Assembly: GCF_036588685.1 (NCBI RefSeq) | Contig: NC_086375.1 | Coordinates: 88,164,001-88,228,000, forward strand | DNA from: Mytilus trossulus | Taxonomy: Eukaryota | DNA: 64,000 nucleotides | Direction of reading: 5' to 3' | Shown: positions 38,509 through 51,884 of the stretch, in pieces | How the letters are laid out: every line of letters begins with the position of its first letter | Position numbering within the stretch: position 1 is the stretch's first letter | Made by a program: the position numbers and the translations under genes | Notes under the pieces: model-generated | Told to the model about the DNA's origin: nothing | What the model saw: the letters and a program-made list of their open reading frames with translations, nothing else | Database searches by the model: none

Positions 38509-40905
38509 CACAGTGTAGATACTATTCTGTACACTATCCGGAAGTCGCGATTTTCGAAGCGAGGATTTCAAACTGCCTAACAGAACGGTTTTGTTTTGGT
38601 GCTTTTTCTCATCATTTGTTTACTCCTATATCTATAAAGTGCTTTGCACATCTTAAATGTATGTATAGCATCATAGATATGAGTAACTGTAACAAAAACA
38701 TGCAGTAGAATATAAAATATACGTGTGCATCACACCAACTTCATAGCAAAAAGTGTAATCGATTGCCAATTTTGCTCTCGTAGTACAAAGCAAATAATCT
38801 TTTATTGTAAATATTTGCATCAGTTTACAGTTAAATATATACTGTTTCAATATTCCTACCGTATTTAAGTAGAATGTTCGTATTTCTAATAAAAATATGC
38901 TTTCCTTGAGGATCCCATAATAAATTACTGTACGATCAGTCCAAAACTGACTGTATTCTAGAAGCGATTTCAGATTTTTTGTTTGTATGACTAGTCGTGA
39001 TTTTGAAGAAAAAAAACAACAACAAATGGAAGTTTTTAACGACCTTGACTGAAAAACAACGGCAATTTGATGGTATATACGTGTCTATGTGATATTATGA
39101 TTGTGTCCATGGAACTATAACGTGTAATTTCTTTCATCGGACAATATAAATATATTTCTGATGATTTTTGTAGACGGCAAAATAATTATATTTTTGTTCC
39201 GTCAGTGTTACTTAAAATCAAATGCCTAAAAGGCAATACATGATTCGCTTGTTGACTTTGTATTAGTGTGTCGTTGCAGTTATCTGTTTAAAGATTACAT
39301 TTTTAAAGACTATTTACACCGTCTGCCGTTGACAAATTGGTGATAACATATATCAAGCCTGTCTCTTTTAAAATGACAAAAAAATAGATAGAGAAAGCTT
39401 TGTTTAAAAAATGGAGCAGTTTTAGAAAAGTGTCACGGTTGGAAATACTTGATAGGTGCCCCCATATAATGAAATGTTCAAGTCCGTATCTTATATAAAG
39501 AAACCCTATAAAAGATTTTTTTAATAAAATTCGAAATACATTCCATTTTTAATATATAAATAAGGCCGTTAATTTTCTCGTTTTAATTGTTTCACATTGT
39601 CATTTCGGGGCCTGTTATAGCTGACTTTGTGGTATTGGCTTTGCTTATTGTTGAAGGCCATACGGTGATCTATATTTGTTAATGTCTGTGTCATTTTGAT
39701 CTCTTGTAGACGGTTGTCTCATTGGCAATCTTATACCGAATCTTCTTTTTTTATATTATCATTTATGTTACGGAATCCGAGAAAAAATAATTAATAGTTA
39801 TACCAGTCACGGATTCAAGAAAAATGGGATCCGGCTGTTTGAAACTCTTTTTTTTTTTAATTTTCAATGCATTTGTATGGGGACATATATTTGGAATCCT
39901 CTTTTCTCCTGGATTTAAAAATGTCTGGAAACCCCAATGTATATTAAGTGGTTTATGAGGAGATGCCCTTACAAAACCGGCGAAACATGTTGTACCGGTC
40001 CAACGGACGAACTGAAAGACGGACTTCATTATCACTATAAACCACCGCTTTACCAAGTGGTGTACAATTGAGTGTGAAAGAGACAGATCTACATCCAAAA
40101 CAAAGTGAAGGAACTGTGATCAATTATAGGCTTCAGTACGGCCTCGAATGTTTGTAAATACATGCATTTTTATAAAACAATTACATCTGTGTGTTTGTAC
40201 AATTTTAAGTATAACGGAGGACATTTCTGAAACTTAAATAAACAAACAAACCTTCCTCTTATTTCAGCAACATTCAAACATCATTATACTTAATGTAGTA
40301 AGTCGTGTACATCCTATCAAGCTAAAACATGTTTGATAAGTTTTCAGGATGTGAATTTATTAAAATATATCTGTGTTATTAAGAAAAATGCAATCTTTTA
40401 ATGTTTCGTAAATAACTTTGAAATCACTACTAGAATACAGTGAAATAAAGACTGATCATACAGTTTCAAAATATACAAGCGAGACTGATCGTACAGTGAG
40501 AAATTCAAACAAGTGTAATTTTCTTATTTCTGGCTTCAAAGAACTGGCTCAAACTTTTACCACCACTTAAAATATACTTTATTTAGTAAATTAAGACTGG
40601 TTTTTACTGTAATTTGTACAGTAAGGGTGCAAAAAGATTGTTTTCAGGTTCACCGACTGATTTACCGTAGTGATGCACTTGAAAATCTCTTGATTAAGGC
40701 AAAGATACGAATAATGAATGTGCTTAATTTAATTATAAACCATTTGTGAATATCGATGTCAGCTGAATTAATCATTCAACAATGTACAGATGAACATTTT
40801 ACCGTTTGATATAGTATATCCAACAAATTTAAAATGTGATTCAAAAAGTTCTCGCTTCGAAAATCGCGACTTCCGGATAGCGTACAGAATAGTATCTACA
40901 CTGTG
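38509..40905. mobile_element. Second non-autonomous DNA transposon with CACAGTG termini, ~50-bp TIRs and 5-bp TSD TTTTG (Transib/RAG-like)
   Basis: The left end CACAGTGTAGATACTATTCTGTACACTATCCGGAAGTCGCGATTTTCGAAGCGAG is inverted at ~40851-40905. TTTTG is present at 38504-38508 and 40906-40910. Confidence 0.9.
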
Positions 40906-41344
40906 TTTTGATTTACTTGAAATTCTATGATAGACACATGTACAGAAAATTATAACTGAATTATAGGAAACGATTCATCTAGCGTATACGTCGATAAAAA
41001 ATCCTTTTGTTTGTTATTATTACTTATAAGACTTGAATGTAAAGTATTCATATAATGAGAAGAGGCCAGATGGGTACTCCAAATCCAGGTATATATGGTC
41101 ATGGGTGGGGTTTACCGAGGGGTTTACACATACACGACGCTGGAATGGTTCCTTTTGTATATGTCAAATATATCAATGGCTTGCAATTTTGTCAAGTAAG
41201 AATGTCAATCGGTAAGCATAGTTATCAACTTTCGATTAGACATCATTCTAAATATACATTCTGTTTGATCCGTCTTAAATTTAAGATACAATGTTATCAG
41301 ATAAAATCTTGAAATCATACTCTGAGAATTATGGTGGCCAGATG

Positions 41345-41535
41345 CGGCCATTTCGTCTTTTCGCGTTTTCTTTCACCTTCACGCGAAATCGAGAAATCGA
41401 GAAATCGGGAAATCGGGAAATCGAGAAATCGAGAAAGCGAAATCGAGAAATCGAGAATTCGGGAAATCGAGAAAGCGAAAACGCGAAATCGAGCAATTAA
41501 GAAAGCAAAAACGCGAAAATGCGAAATCGGGAAAT
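41345..41535. repeat. Low-complexity GAAATCG(A/G) repeat array
   Basis: Tandem GAAATCGA, GAAATCGG and GAAAGCGA units account for ORFs 41291-41500 and 41331-41537. Confidence 0.8.
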
Positions 41536-41544
41536 GAAATAGAT

Positions 41545-42290
41545 ATCTAGAAAATATTTGTCAATGGGTTGATGAACACAAAATGTTAGTTAATGTGTCA
41601 AAAACTAAGACAATGTGTATAATTTCAAAACAAAAACTGTCTGTGATGTGTAATGACACATTAAATGTATCCATTAATGGCCAAAAGATTAATGAAAGTC
41701 ACTGTGAAAAAGTCCTAGGTATTTTTGTTGACAAAACTCTTTCTTGGTATGATTAAATTAATCATGTAATCAAAAAAGTTAATTCTTCATTAGCTTTATT
41801 AAAAAGAATCAAGAAATTCTTGAATCACAATGCACGAATTCTATTTTACAATGCGTATATTCTTTCACATTTGGATTACTGTTGTTCAGTATGGGGAAAC
41901 TGTAACAAGTTTTTAGTTGACAGTTTACTAAAATTGCAAAAAAGGGCAGCTAGAATTATTTTAAACGAACACGATATTCGTAAACCATCCATTGAACTAT
42001 TTAAGGAATCTGGAATTATTCCTGTTACTAAGAGAATATCTTACCACAATCATTATTAATGTATAAATCAAAACACCAACTGGCACCAACATATTTATCA
42101 AATCTTATTGCCTACAAGTAGTAAACAATCGTACAATACTCGACTTTCATCATCGGATAATTTTATTGTCCCTAAATCAAATACAGAATTATACAAATCT
42201 TTTCTTTTAGTGGTCCAAAAGTGTGGAATTCATTGTCCAGTAAAATTAAAAAATCAAAAAGTATACAAGTCATTTTATTTTGAAAAGTGT
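41545..42290 (+). mobile_element. L2/Crack-like LINE 3' fragment (degenerate)
   Basis: Translation gives WVDEHKMLVNVSKTKTM..EKVLGIFVDKTLSW..FYNAYILSHLDYCCSVWG..LQKRAARIIL, with stops and frameshifts. Confidence 0.85.
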
Positions 42291-42326
42291 TAAATTTTTA
42301 AGTTAAGCCACAATGTATACCATAGG

Positions 42327-44345
42327 TTTTAAGGTCTTTCCTCTCCGCGAGAAAAGACCTTATTGTTTTTCTCCTGTTTTTTTTTTCATCCATCATTTGT
42401 TTGACATGGCCTCCCCTCGTTTCTATTGGAGTTATCAAGACCAAATATGGACCATCGGTAGACCTCATTATGAGGTATTACCAGATGAGGCTGTGTAGGA
42501 TTTCATCATCCCCTTTAGAAGTAATCTCCCTTTTATTGTTTTTTTTCGACATGGCCCACCCTCGTTGTTTTTGAAGATATCATGACTTTATTTAGACAAT
42601 AGTTAGATCTCATCATGATGTGTTACCATATGAGGCTGCTAAGGATTTCATCATTCCCTATGTGAGTTATGTCCCCTTGAAGCAATTTCTTTCTTTTACA
42701 TTTTTCTCAAAAAGTATTTAAGATAGAATCCATTTGAAAACGGCAACATGTACAAGACCAGATGCCAATGTTAATTAACATATACACTCATTTTGCTGTT
42801 AACCCTTATAAGGAGTTATTTCCCTTAAAAAAATATACACAATTTTTGAAAAATTGTATCTCGAGAACCGGAAGTCGTAAAGACTTGGGACCTACACCAA
42901 TAATCTTAAGTTCATATGACCTTTAATTTGCACCCAAGGTCAAAGGTCACCGAGTGCAAAAAAAAATTACGCTGCAATTTTAAGCTTCCATATTAAGAAA
43001 ACGATAAGAGTTTGCTGCATACTTACAGCGGATAAAATGTTCCTCTCGACGAGCTCTACAATTTATACACTGAGCTCAAAAGAGTCCGACACTCTGTTCA
43101 AAAGTTACGACGGGATGATTCTTAAAAATATAGTATTGTGTGTATATCTTTTTAAAGTTAACAGATATCAACCTACTATAAACTTAAAAGATGATCAGTA
43201 GTTCAAGACCTTCAATTTGAGGTCAATCTCAGGTCATGATGAAATTTCACCTTGACCTTCACATTATACTATGACCTTGACCTTGTGATATTTAAAAGGT
43301 CAAGTGGTCCTGAGTTGAATGGTGATAGTCCCATGTCTTTACGACTTCCGGTTCTCAAGTTTTGTATTGCATCATATATTTGATGATTAATTGTGACCTT
43401 AGTGAGCTTTAAAATTGTCTTAATTCTTTTTCTATAATGTTGTCCTTTAACTGTAGATCATTTATCATTTAACAGATTTGAGATATCTATTGTCGTTTTA
43501 GAGATAATGCAGTTTTAAGTTTTGCGAGCGGAGGCATGTATTTCTGAATCATCAAGCGCTTACCACTTAAAATGTTTAAGAAATTGAAGAGGTTGACATA
43601 GTTATATGTTTGACCAAATACCAAAAACATTCCATGGAAAAAAACACCAAAAATTCAATTTGAAATTTTCATGTTTTGCATTGACTTTGTAAGTTTCATA
43701 ATTTCTATTTATATAGTTGATATTGCATCATTATTTGCACTTTGTCAAATGGGGTCATCTGATATATCAAATTGAAGGTCTTAATAAACTCTACTTAAAA
43801 ATGAAAATTTGAAACCCCCTTTTCATCCAAGGGAGACGGGTGGGGTCATTTAGTGCAAACATTCAAATTTCTCAGATGGTAAGGTTGTCGCATATCAAAT
43901 GAAAGAACATAAAGCGAACATTTCAAATTTCAAATTGACGTCTCCCAAAAATGAGTTGGATGGGGTCATTGAGTGCAAAAAATAAATGTTCTTTTAAGGA
44001 AGGGTTGTTGTATATCAAATGAAAGGTCATGATGTGTACATTTCAAATAGCAAATTCCTGACCTCCAGAAATTAGTAAGATAGGGTTATTGAGTGCAAAA
44101 ATCAAACTTTCTAGAATATGGCGTTGTCGCATATCAAATGAAAGTTCATATACTCTATGTTACATATATAATAATTCCGATCTCAAAAATGTAGGCGGAT
44201 GAGGTCATTAAGTGATAAAAGTAAAAAGTTTCAGAAGGTATGCTTGTCGTATATCAAACGAAAGGTCGTACAAAGTACATTATGAAAGCATCACTTTTAC
44301 AGGAAAGACCTTTCAATTGTTTTACAAACAATTGAGATACTAGTT
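42327..44345 (+). mobile_element. Helentron-associated (HINE-like) non-autonomous element with internal tandem repeats
   Basis: The 5' end is TTTT+AAGGTCTTTCC with a nearby inverted AAAAGACCTT. The 3' end has the subTIR GGAAAGACCTT followed by the hairpin CAATTGTTTTACAAACAATTG and T-rich sequence. Internal repeat units are ~150 bp (42400-42680) and ~118 bp (43750-44290). Confidence 0.78.
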
Positions 44346-44512
44346 GTTTTTGTTGTTATATTAATTTAGGTCAGTCAGTGGGCCCCCACTTATGAAAATT
44401 CCTGGATCCGCCACTGCACACGTTGAGACCCCCTCGTTTAAATGGTCATCTATTATATACTAGCCGGCCTAAGAAAACTATTCTCTGTGACATGTTTTTA
44501 TTTAAATGAAAT

Positions 44513-44537
44513 GGGTAAATCCTACTATTTATAAATA
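44513..44537 (+). promoter_or_regulatory. Putative promoter of TNF-like gene 4: kB-like site plus TATA box
   Basis: GGGTAAATCC (44513-44522) lies 7 bp upstream of TATAAATA (44530-44537). Further GGAATTT motifs occur on the minus strand at ~44559 and ~44596. Confidence 0.4.
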
Positions 44538-44652
44538 GACACGGATGTACTAGTAATGAAAATTCCTGTGCTCTTTCAGCGAAAACCTAATCAATAGAAA
44601 TTCCAGAATTTAAAAAAAAGTAAATAAACAATACCGATTACATTTTACAAAC

Positions 44653-46282
44653 ATGGATGTATATGCAGACAACGCATTACTTGGGGACACACCATTTGTG
44701 GATAAACAGTTTAATATTCGTAAATCCAATAATTCAAACATTATCAAAATAGGATGTTGTTTAAGTGTATTGATATTTTTCTGCTTGGTAACAATTTTTA
44801 TATTAATTATATTGAATCTCTTGCATATCTCGCCGCTACAGAATGAGCAAGTTAACATTATAACCAAAGAAACACAGTATCATATATTGCTACCGACACA
44901 TGCCACGAATGATACGACTGCAGTGCAAAACGCGAAAAAAGTGCCGTATATTAAAGTACCAACAACAGAATCGGCAGTGTTAATCCTGATGTTTGTAAGT
45001 AAGACTTTATTTTGTTTTTCTTTTTCTCAATATAAATACATTAAATTTGTAAAATAATAAGATACAGAAGGCTTGTGTATAAAAGAAAAGGTCTTGTGTT
45101 ACTAAGATAAAGTAGCGATAATATCAGGATTATGGTTGAGATTCATGTGCTTATCACATCGTGTGTTGTTTTTATAAAGATTTTTTTATGTGTTATTTTT
45201 GTATTTTCGTTTTAATGGTATGATAGACGTTTGGTGGTGTAACATCTTACGAAGTTTATCAGAAATATTTTTGCAATGATTCTTCTCAAGCCGGTGTTAT
45301 GAGCCGTCTTAAACTGCAGTGCGATGTGAGCTTTGTTTAGCTTCGTGTTGAAGGACTCACTGTGACTTTGAGATGAAGAACAGCTTCACAGGCGCTGTTC
45401 CTTCGTTGTGTGTGTTTTGTTGTGTACAATAAAACATACTGATTTCGTGTCATGAATATCTCATACCCACTGTGTTTCTATTTTTATGTCCATATTTCAT
45501 AAATCTTACCCCATACTAGAGAATCAAATATATTACATAAAAAATGGGTTGATTTTTCTTTTTCTCTTTTTTTTTTACAGTATTCAATGTCATGATAAAT
45601 TTTTCGTCAATTTTAAATCATTTAACATTTGGTCATGTCGGTCCATGTCTTTAGATATGTATCTGACATTACGATAGGGTTTTGCCTCATTGACGAAGGC
45701 GGTATGTTGGCCTGAATACACGTCTTTGATCTTTGGTTAATATTTCTATACATAACCAATACACTTTTTCACTTTTATTAGATTTCAGGATATTTTATAA
45801 CACATGAGAATACCACAGACACAAAGGAATCAAACAGGAAGGACAATACATTTCCTATAGCACAGCCAATTCAAATAGTAAAAGGCAGCTATTCATCGAC
45901 AAATGTGTTTATAGATACTGATCCTCCTTTGAAAGCCTCCGGTGGAAATATTTCGACAGGTGTGAGGATATCCTCCGACGGTTTATACTACCTTTACGCC
46001 TGTATACAGATTTCCTGCTATTGTAAGTCAAAAGCAGACGTTACTATTTATGGGATAACTCATTATATTCAAATAAACTCTGGAAATTCGAACAAAACTA
46101 TTGTGGAAAAGACAATACAGATTCCTCATGGCATTGGAGTTTACAAAACGAGTACCATGTTTGTTCCAGTTCAGTTGAAGAAACACGATGTAGTTAGTAT
46201 GCACCTTTCTGACGATACTTACGTTTATAATTCTAGGAAATCTAATGTTATAGGTGTATTCCTGATGTCACAATCACTTTGA
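44653..46282 (+). CDS. TNF superfamily ligand-like protein 4 (type II membrane protein, ~280 aa; exons 44653-44994, 45782-46282)
   Basis: It has a TM segment (GCCLSVLIFFCLVTIFILIILNLL). The donor GTAAGT at 44995 is phase 0 and the acceptor TAG at 45779-45781 is in frame (843 nt). THD motifs are VRISSDGLYYLYACIQI, VQLKKHDVVSMHL and SNVIGVFLM. Confidence 0.85.
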
Positions 46283-49200
46283 CCAATTCATTAAATTCAA
46301 CTCTCATATAATAGTTATATTCCTTTAACCTCGATTATCCGATTCATTAAAGGAAATATCAGATATTCGTTGGTATTCCTGTCTGTTTCCATATTACTAA
46401 GCGTTTCTGATATTCACTTTCAATTGGTGTTAATCTGTCTATCAAAACGTAAAAACCCTCCGTCTGTAAATGGAATGTGTTGAAGCATGTTCTTTAACCT
46501 TTTATTATTGTTATTTGCTTTCTCATAAAATTCTCCCACCCAAAAAAAAACTAGCGAACGAACAGACGGGCATAATGAATGTTATACAACAGCTTAATAT
46601 GATAAATGTTTTGCTTCTTCCAATACATTGAAAATATATTCTCAGTTTCTGTAAAACAAATTGCCATTGGATGATTTGGAACGGCAACGATAAAAGAATC
46701 ACTGTTTAAATTATTCGTAAGTTAAAAAGATTAACTTCATGACATAAAGTTGTGTAATGATATGGTTTCAAAAAAATAATTTGTATATGATAATTATAAA
46801 TAACATTTAGATTGTTTATGAAAGTCTTCAAAGTAGAAAATAATTGAATAAAAACTTGTATGATTACGATGGCTTCAACAGGCCAAGTATTCCTGTATAT
46901 GTACGTGTAGACAATATCTTGGATTGCAATTCGTTTGTCTAAAATAGCTATAGCTATTGAATGCTTGCAGTGAACTATGTAAGCTAGTGTCAACCAACTG
47001 TAAACATTTAGAACGACAATTATAGGTAATATGACACATTAATATCAACAATTGCATGATAATGGTTATGTACATACTACCATATCAATTCTTAAAAAAG
47101 TTATAAATATTTTAGATGTAAGACTATTCCTGTACATGATAATGAAACCAGCGCAAGGAAATTGTTTTGGATTTTATTTATTTTGTATTTTCTTGGAACT
47201 TTTAACAAATGAAACAGAACTATGAAAATATTTAGATGAATCCCCTGTCGATTTGAAATCTTTTTCGTCAGAACAATTGATGACTTCACATACGATTTCA
47301 AGTATATAAATATGGTAAACCGAGATATATCTACGCAATCGTCATCGTGAATGAATTTTTAAAAATAGTCGAAGCTATTGAAACCAAATAAGGAACTTTC
47401 ATCAAAATGTAATGTTTTCGAATTTTGAACCTATGACAATCAAACAATGGCCTTTTTGGGGAAATCGTAAAAAACATTCACGCTATATGGAAATGTGCAT
47501 TTACTGGAAGACTTAAGTAGTTATTTTGAATTATGGTAACAATTCGTAAGATTGATAGTTGACGACCAGACTACATTTGTATACATTATGAGAATAATAT
47601 TTTTGTATGTTTATTTTTTCTAATACCAAAACTTGTAAGGCAAATACCAACCCGTCTGTCTTTTAATATTACAAGATATACTGCATTACTGATTTTACTG
47701 CACTATATGCTTATTTTCAAAATGGAATTATCCTCAGTGGTGCTCATAACCTACCATACTATCAAACTATAAGGGGGAAATGTCATGATCAATTATCTTT
47801 AAATGATTGAGTGTACGATTCCTGTGAAGGCTTAACATATTTTAAAATATTGAAAATCCCAAAACACAATATTTTGATCTTAAAAGTAACATTTAACTAG
47901 ACCCCAATATGATATTATGATATAAAAAAAAAAGAAAAATTAACAATTTGTTGTTACAAAATGCTTTGTAAACTAATTATAAACTGCGTGGAATCTTAGG
48001 GTAAGTACATTTTCTGAAAAAAACTTTGTTTCTAAAAACACCCTTTCTAACACAATCTTGACCTATTTCCTTTATGAATAGAAAACTACTTATTCATGTT
48101 CACAACTATTTGAAAAGATGTTTGCATCTGATTTCATAAGTTATTACATCTTAAAATAATTAAGATTTACCAAATATTTAAACAAAAATTTAGAGGTACA
48201 TACTATGAACAAAAAAATACCACATCATAACTAAATACTGTATTGAATATTGGATAAACAAATACCATAACACGTTTTATAGCAATTCGAATTCACACTC
48301 AGCAAAACTGTAATTTTGGGAATAGTAAATGTTCGGTACTTTAAGGACCAGACGACGTAAATGGTCAACCACAATCTGAGATGTGATAAAAATGCCCTTA
48401 GTTAGTTTAGAAACAGACACATCATATGAATCAACCAATTCGTGATGATGTCCCTTAAATTTGATTTTTTAATTTTTCGTTCTCATAACTTTGTTTGAGC
48501 AGTTTCTGCTCAAGGAACACACTCCTGTATATGAAGTCCATTAAGTGTGAACATGCACAAGTATAACGTATCAAATGAAATATATAAACATCATGCGATT
48601 CGGCAGAAGGCATGTTACTGCTTTAAGATGGGAAAGTGATAATTGGGAAGTAGAAATCGTCCCGTTTGTAATTGATTTAGGGTTACCTGTGTTAGCCCTC
48701 AACTAACCTTGGACACTTTTTTTTTTATCAATTTAGCATAAAACAAGAACAAACAACAGTAGATAACTGTTTTAAACGACTTGAATTACAATAACGGTCA
48801 TTCAATTACGGAAGTATGATTAACACAAAAAAAACCATTCATTTTATTTTTGAAGCTCAATCATAATTAAATTTATTGAGTCACCAGTTTACTTCACCGG
48901 GATTTTTCCTAGACTATTATAAACAGATTGTGAAAAAAAACCCCACTACAATACACTAAACTAATGTCATATGCAATATCAAACCTAGATTATATGCCCG
49001 ATAAAAAAACAATGAACAGAAATTAGGTTATAAACGATTAGATTCAAGTTTTATATTCTCAAACCATGATAGGCCGTCAGTGTATTTATAGAACTACGAA
49101 AAATGAACTATTGTCAATTAGACAACTATTTATAGAACAAAGGACAAATATATGAATAATTTCTGGTAACCTTATGGCCTTCAATACGAGGAAAAAACCA

Positions 49201-50135
49201 CACTGTACATATATAGCCAAGGTTTATTCCTAGAGTGCCAAAACCTTTTGTTCTGCCTACGAAATATAGGTAAAACAAATGTTGGCATTTTGTCTGTTGT
49301 TGAGAATTGTTTCATTTTCAATCGCACACCACATCTTATCTTTATAAGTAACATTTTTCTGTCTTTCATTAGTTTGTTTCAGTTTTAATTTCTTACTTTG
49401 AATTTAAACATATTTTTCTCATTATTATTCAACTTAAAATAAATTTTATTATTATTTTATATCATTAGGCAAAACTTTTATCTAAAAAAATGATAAATTT
49501 GCATGGCGAAAAAAAGGTTTTTTTTTAACTTCTCTTTTTCTACTTTTATAGACTTTTGTAGATTTTTTTTCTAAAACAACATCAATTCATTCAAACAACA
49601 TCTTTTCGTTTGTTTTGAAGGCATTCGAGGACGAGATTTTGTACAAAATGTAGACATCCAAGGAAGGCACCTTATCCAGATAAAAAAAAAACCACGTATA
49701 ACAAAAGTAAACAAAGTGCTTCTAAGCCTTGTTCATATATATTTTATGTTTGGAAATAACGTGTATAGTTGTTATATATGTGTTTTCATTGTGTAATCAT
49801 ACGTTTTTTGATTGTGTTCAGTCTGCCAATTGATATTTTATCGTGTGTTTTTCTATGTTGTGATGTTATGCTATTGTTTCAGAAAAAGGGAGAAGGGTTG
49901 GATCCATTAAAACGTTTAATCCCGCTGCAAATGTTTGCACCTGTCCTAAGTCAGGAATCTGATGTACAGTAGTTGTAATATATACGTTTTTCTCGTTTCT
50001 CGTTTTGTTTATATAGATTAGACCGTTGGTTTTCCCGTTTGAATGGTTTTACACTAGTAATTTTTGGGCTCTTTATAGCTTGTTGTTCGGTGTGAGCCAA
50101 GGCTCCGTGTTGAAGGCCGTACTTTAACCTATAAT

Positions 50136-50587
50136 GATCCAAGGACACAGTTATCGTCCTTTGGTTTTCATTGTCTACGAATATAGTCCCTAGTGTAAAC
50201 AGTGTATAACTTGCTTGTTTTATTTGATACACTTTCCCAATTTATTTCTTGATATTAAATGCATGAAATATTAAGTAGGCGGATGTAATTACATGTCAAA
50301 AACATTTGGGTGCTGAATCTTTATGTTAAGTAGTGAATTGGTCCAGTTCTAAAAGGTCAAATTTTATCACGTCTGAAGCTGTCAAACTGAATTTTAAACC
50401 CCCTTAACACAGAATTGTCAATATTTTGAGTTAGAGCTAGGAGAAGTTTCTATAATTTTGACATTATTTGTCTCTCTTGTAGTACACTACACTGTAAAAT
50501 CTTTTTGAGAAAGAGCAGGTGCAATTTTTTTAATTTGAATTTATTGTCTAAAAGAAATGCACTACGAAATAACTGTGTTCTCGGGCC
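50136..50587. mobile_element. ~452-bp MITE, copy 1
   Basis: Imperfect TIR G(G/A)TCCAAGGACACAGTTAT / ATAACTGTGTTCTCGGGCC; highly similar to 51885-52337. Confidence 0.8.
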
Positions 50588-51884
50588 TAAGAGATGGATT
50601 CCTGAAATCTGGATTCTGTACTTTGGGAACTTTCCTGAATGATTTGCTGGTTTCAATTTGTCAAACTCAATAAAAGTAAAGGATTTACATCTTTGGTTTA
50701 CAGAAATTCTGTTAAAATGTGCCATTTTGGCATTCTATGGCTTTAATAAGCATTTTAAAGCAGTTTACATTTTATGCCTAAGAGGCATGCTGACTTTCTA
50801 TTTGACAGCTTTGTTTTTCCTGATATTTGTGTTTCTATAAATAAATCAAATTTAATTAACCATTTGTGAACTCTGAATATAGAGAAAAGTAGATTATCAC
50901 AGAAAAAAAAAATGCAGCATATTTTGTATTCATGGCCCTGGTTAAACAGCCTAATTCATGTATGTAAAATGTGAAGCGCTTTGTACATCAAATCTGTAGT
51001 CCATCACAATAATTTCACTAAATCTGCAAAAAAGCACTTTACTATATCCAGTACACCTTAATCTTTTATAGGCTACCATATTTTTTTCCTGTATGATAGT
51101 AAGTGGTCCAAATTCATACCTATTGAGACTAAAACTAAATGCAAGTTTTCCATTGAAAAGTGAAAAAACTGGCCCTCAGACCATATTGTCTTTCAAAAAA
51201 TTTAAATGCAAGATTCCTTTTGCAATTAGACTTCTTCTATCATAACACCTTAGCATAGAAATGAACAAAAAGTAACACATTTTTACTTCTGATAGCTTCT
51301 GTGTGCATTTTTATATGTCAATATGGACTACCGCCTAAATCGACTCTAAATAATTCTCAGTACTACATGGCCCAAGACCATTGTATACTCATGTGGTATA
51401 CTTTTTGTAACTTTTCTATACATTTAAAGTACATTTGATATATATATGAATTAATAATTTAGGCTTAAACAACTCCAAAAACTTCAAATTGGCTGAAAAA
51501 AATGCATATTTATATAAGGCTTCCCTGAATTGGAAAATCTCTATTTTCAGGCATAGGCTCATACAAATTTGACTTTGGAATAATTACAATACATCTGATA
51601 AATAAAATGAGTGTGCAGATGCTTCTAATACTTAATATCTAATATTCAAGAGCATTTAAAAAGCAAATTTTTGCAAAATTAATTTTTTTTAGGCCAAAAT
51701 CTTTACAGTTGAAGATATTTGATTTATACGTCAAAAATAAACGTCCAAATGTCATTACTAAAATGACCCCAAATTCTCTTATATATGACATATGGCCATG
51801 AAACTTGGCAGACTATCTCATTAGTGCCTCAGCTTAGGTTATGCAAAGTTTTATAAAGATTGGTCAAGTCTTTCTGTCCTATTA

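Noticed and set aside
41291-41537. Arg/Glu/Lys-rich ORFs
   Set aside because: They are translations of a simple GAAATCGA repeat.
45581-45677. Extra exon of gene 4 after a strong pyrimidine tract
   Set aside because: A phase-0 join gives YSMS* immediately and no suitable donor was found. A poison exon cannot be excluded without RNA data.
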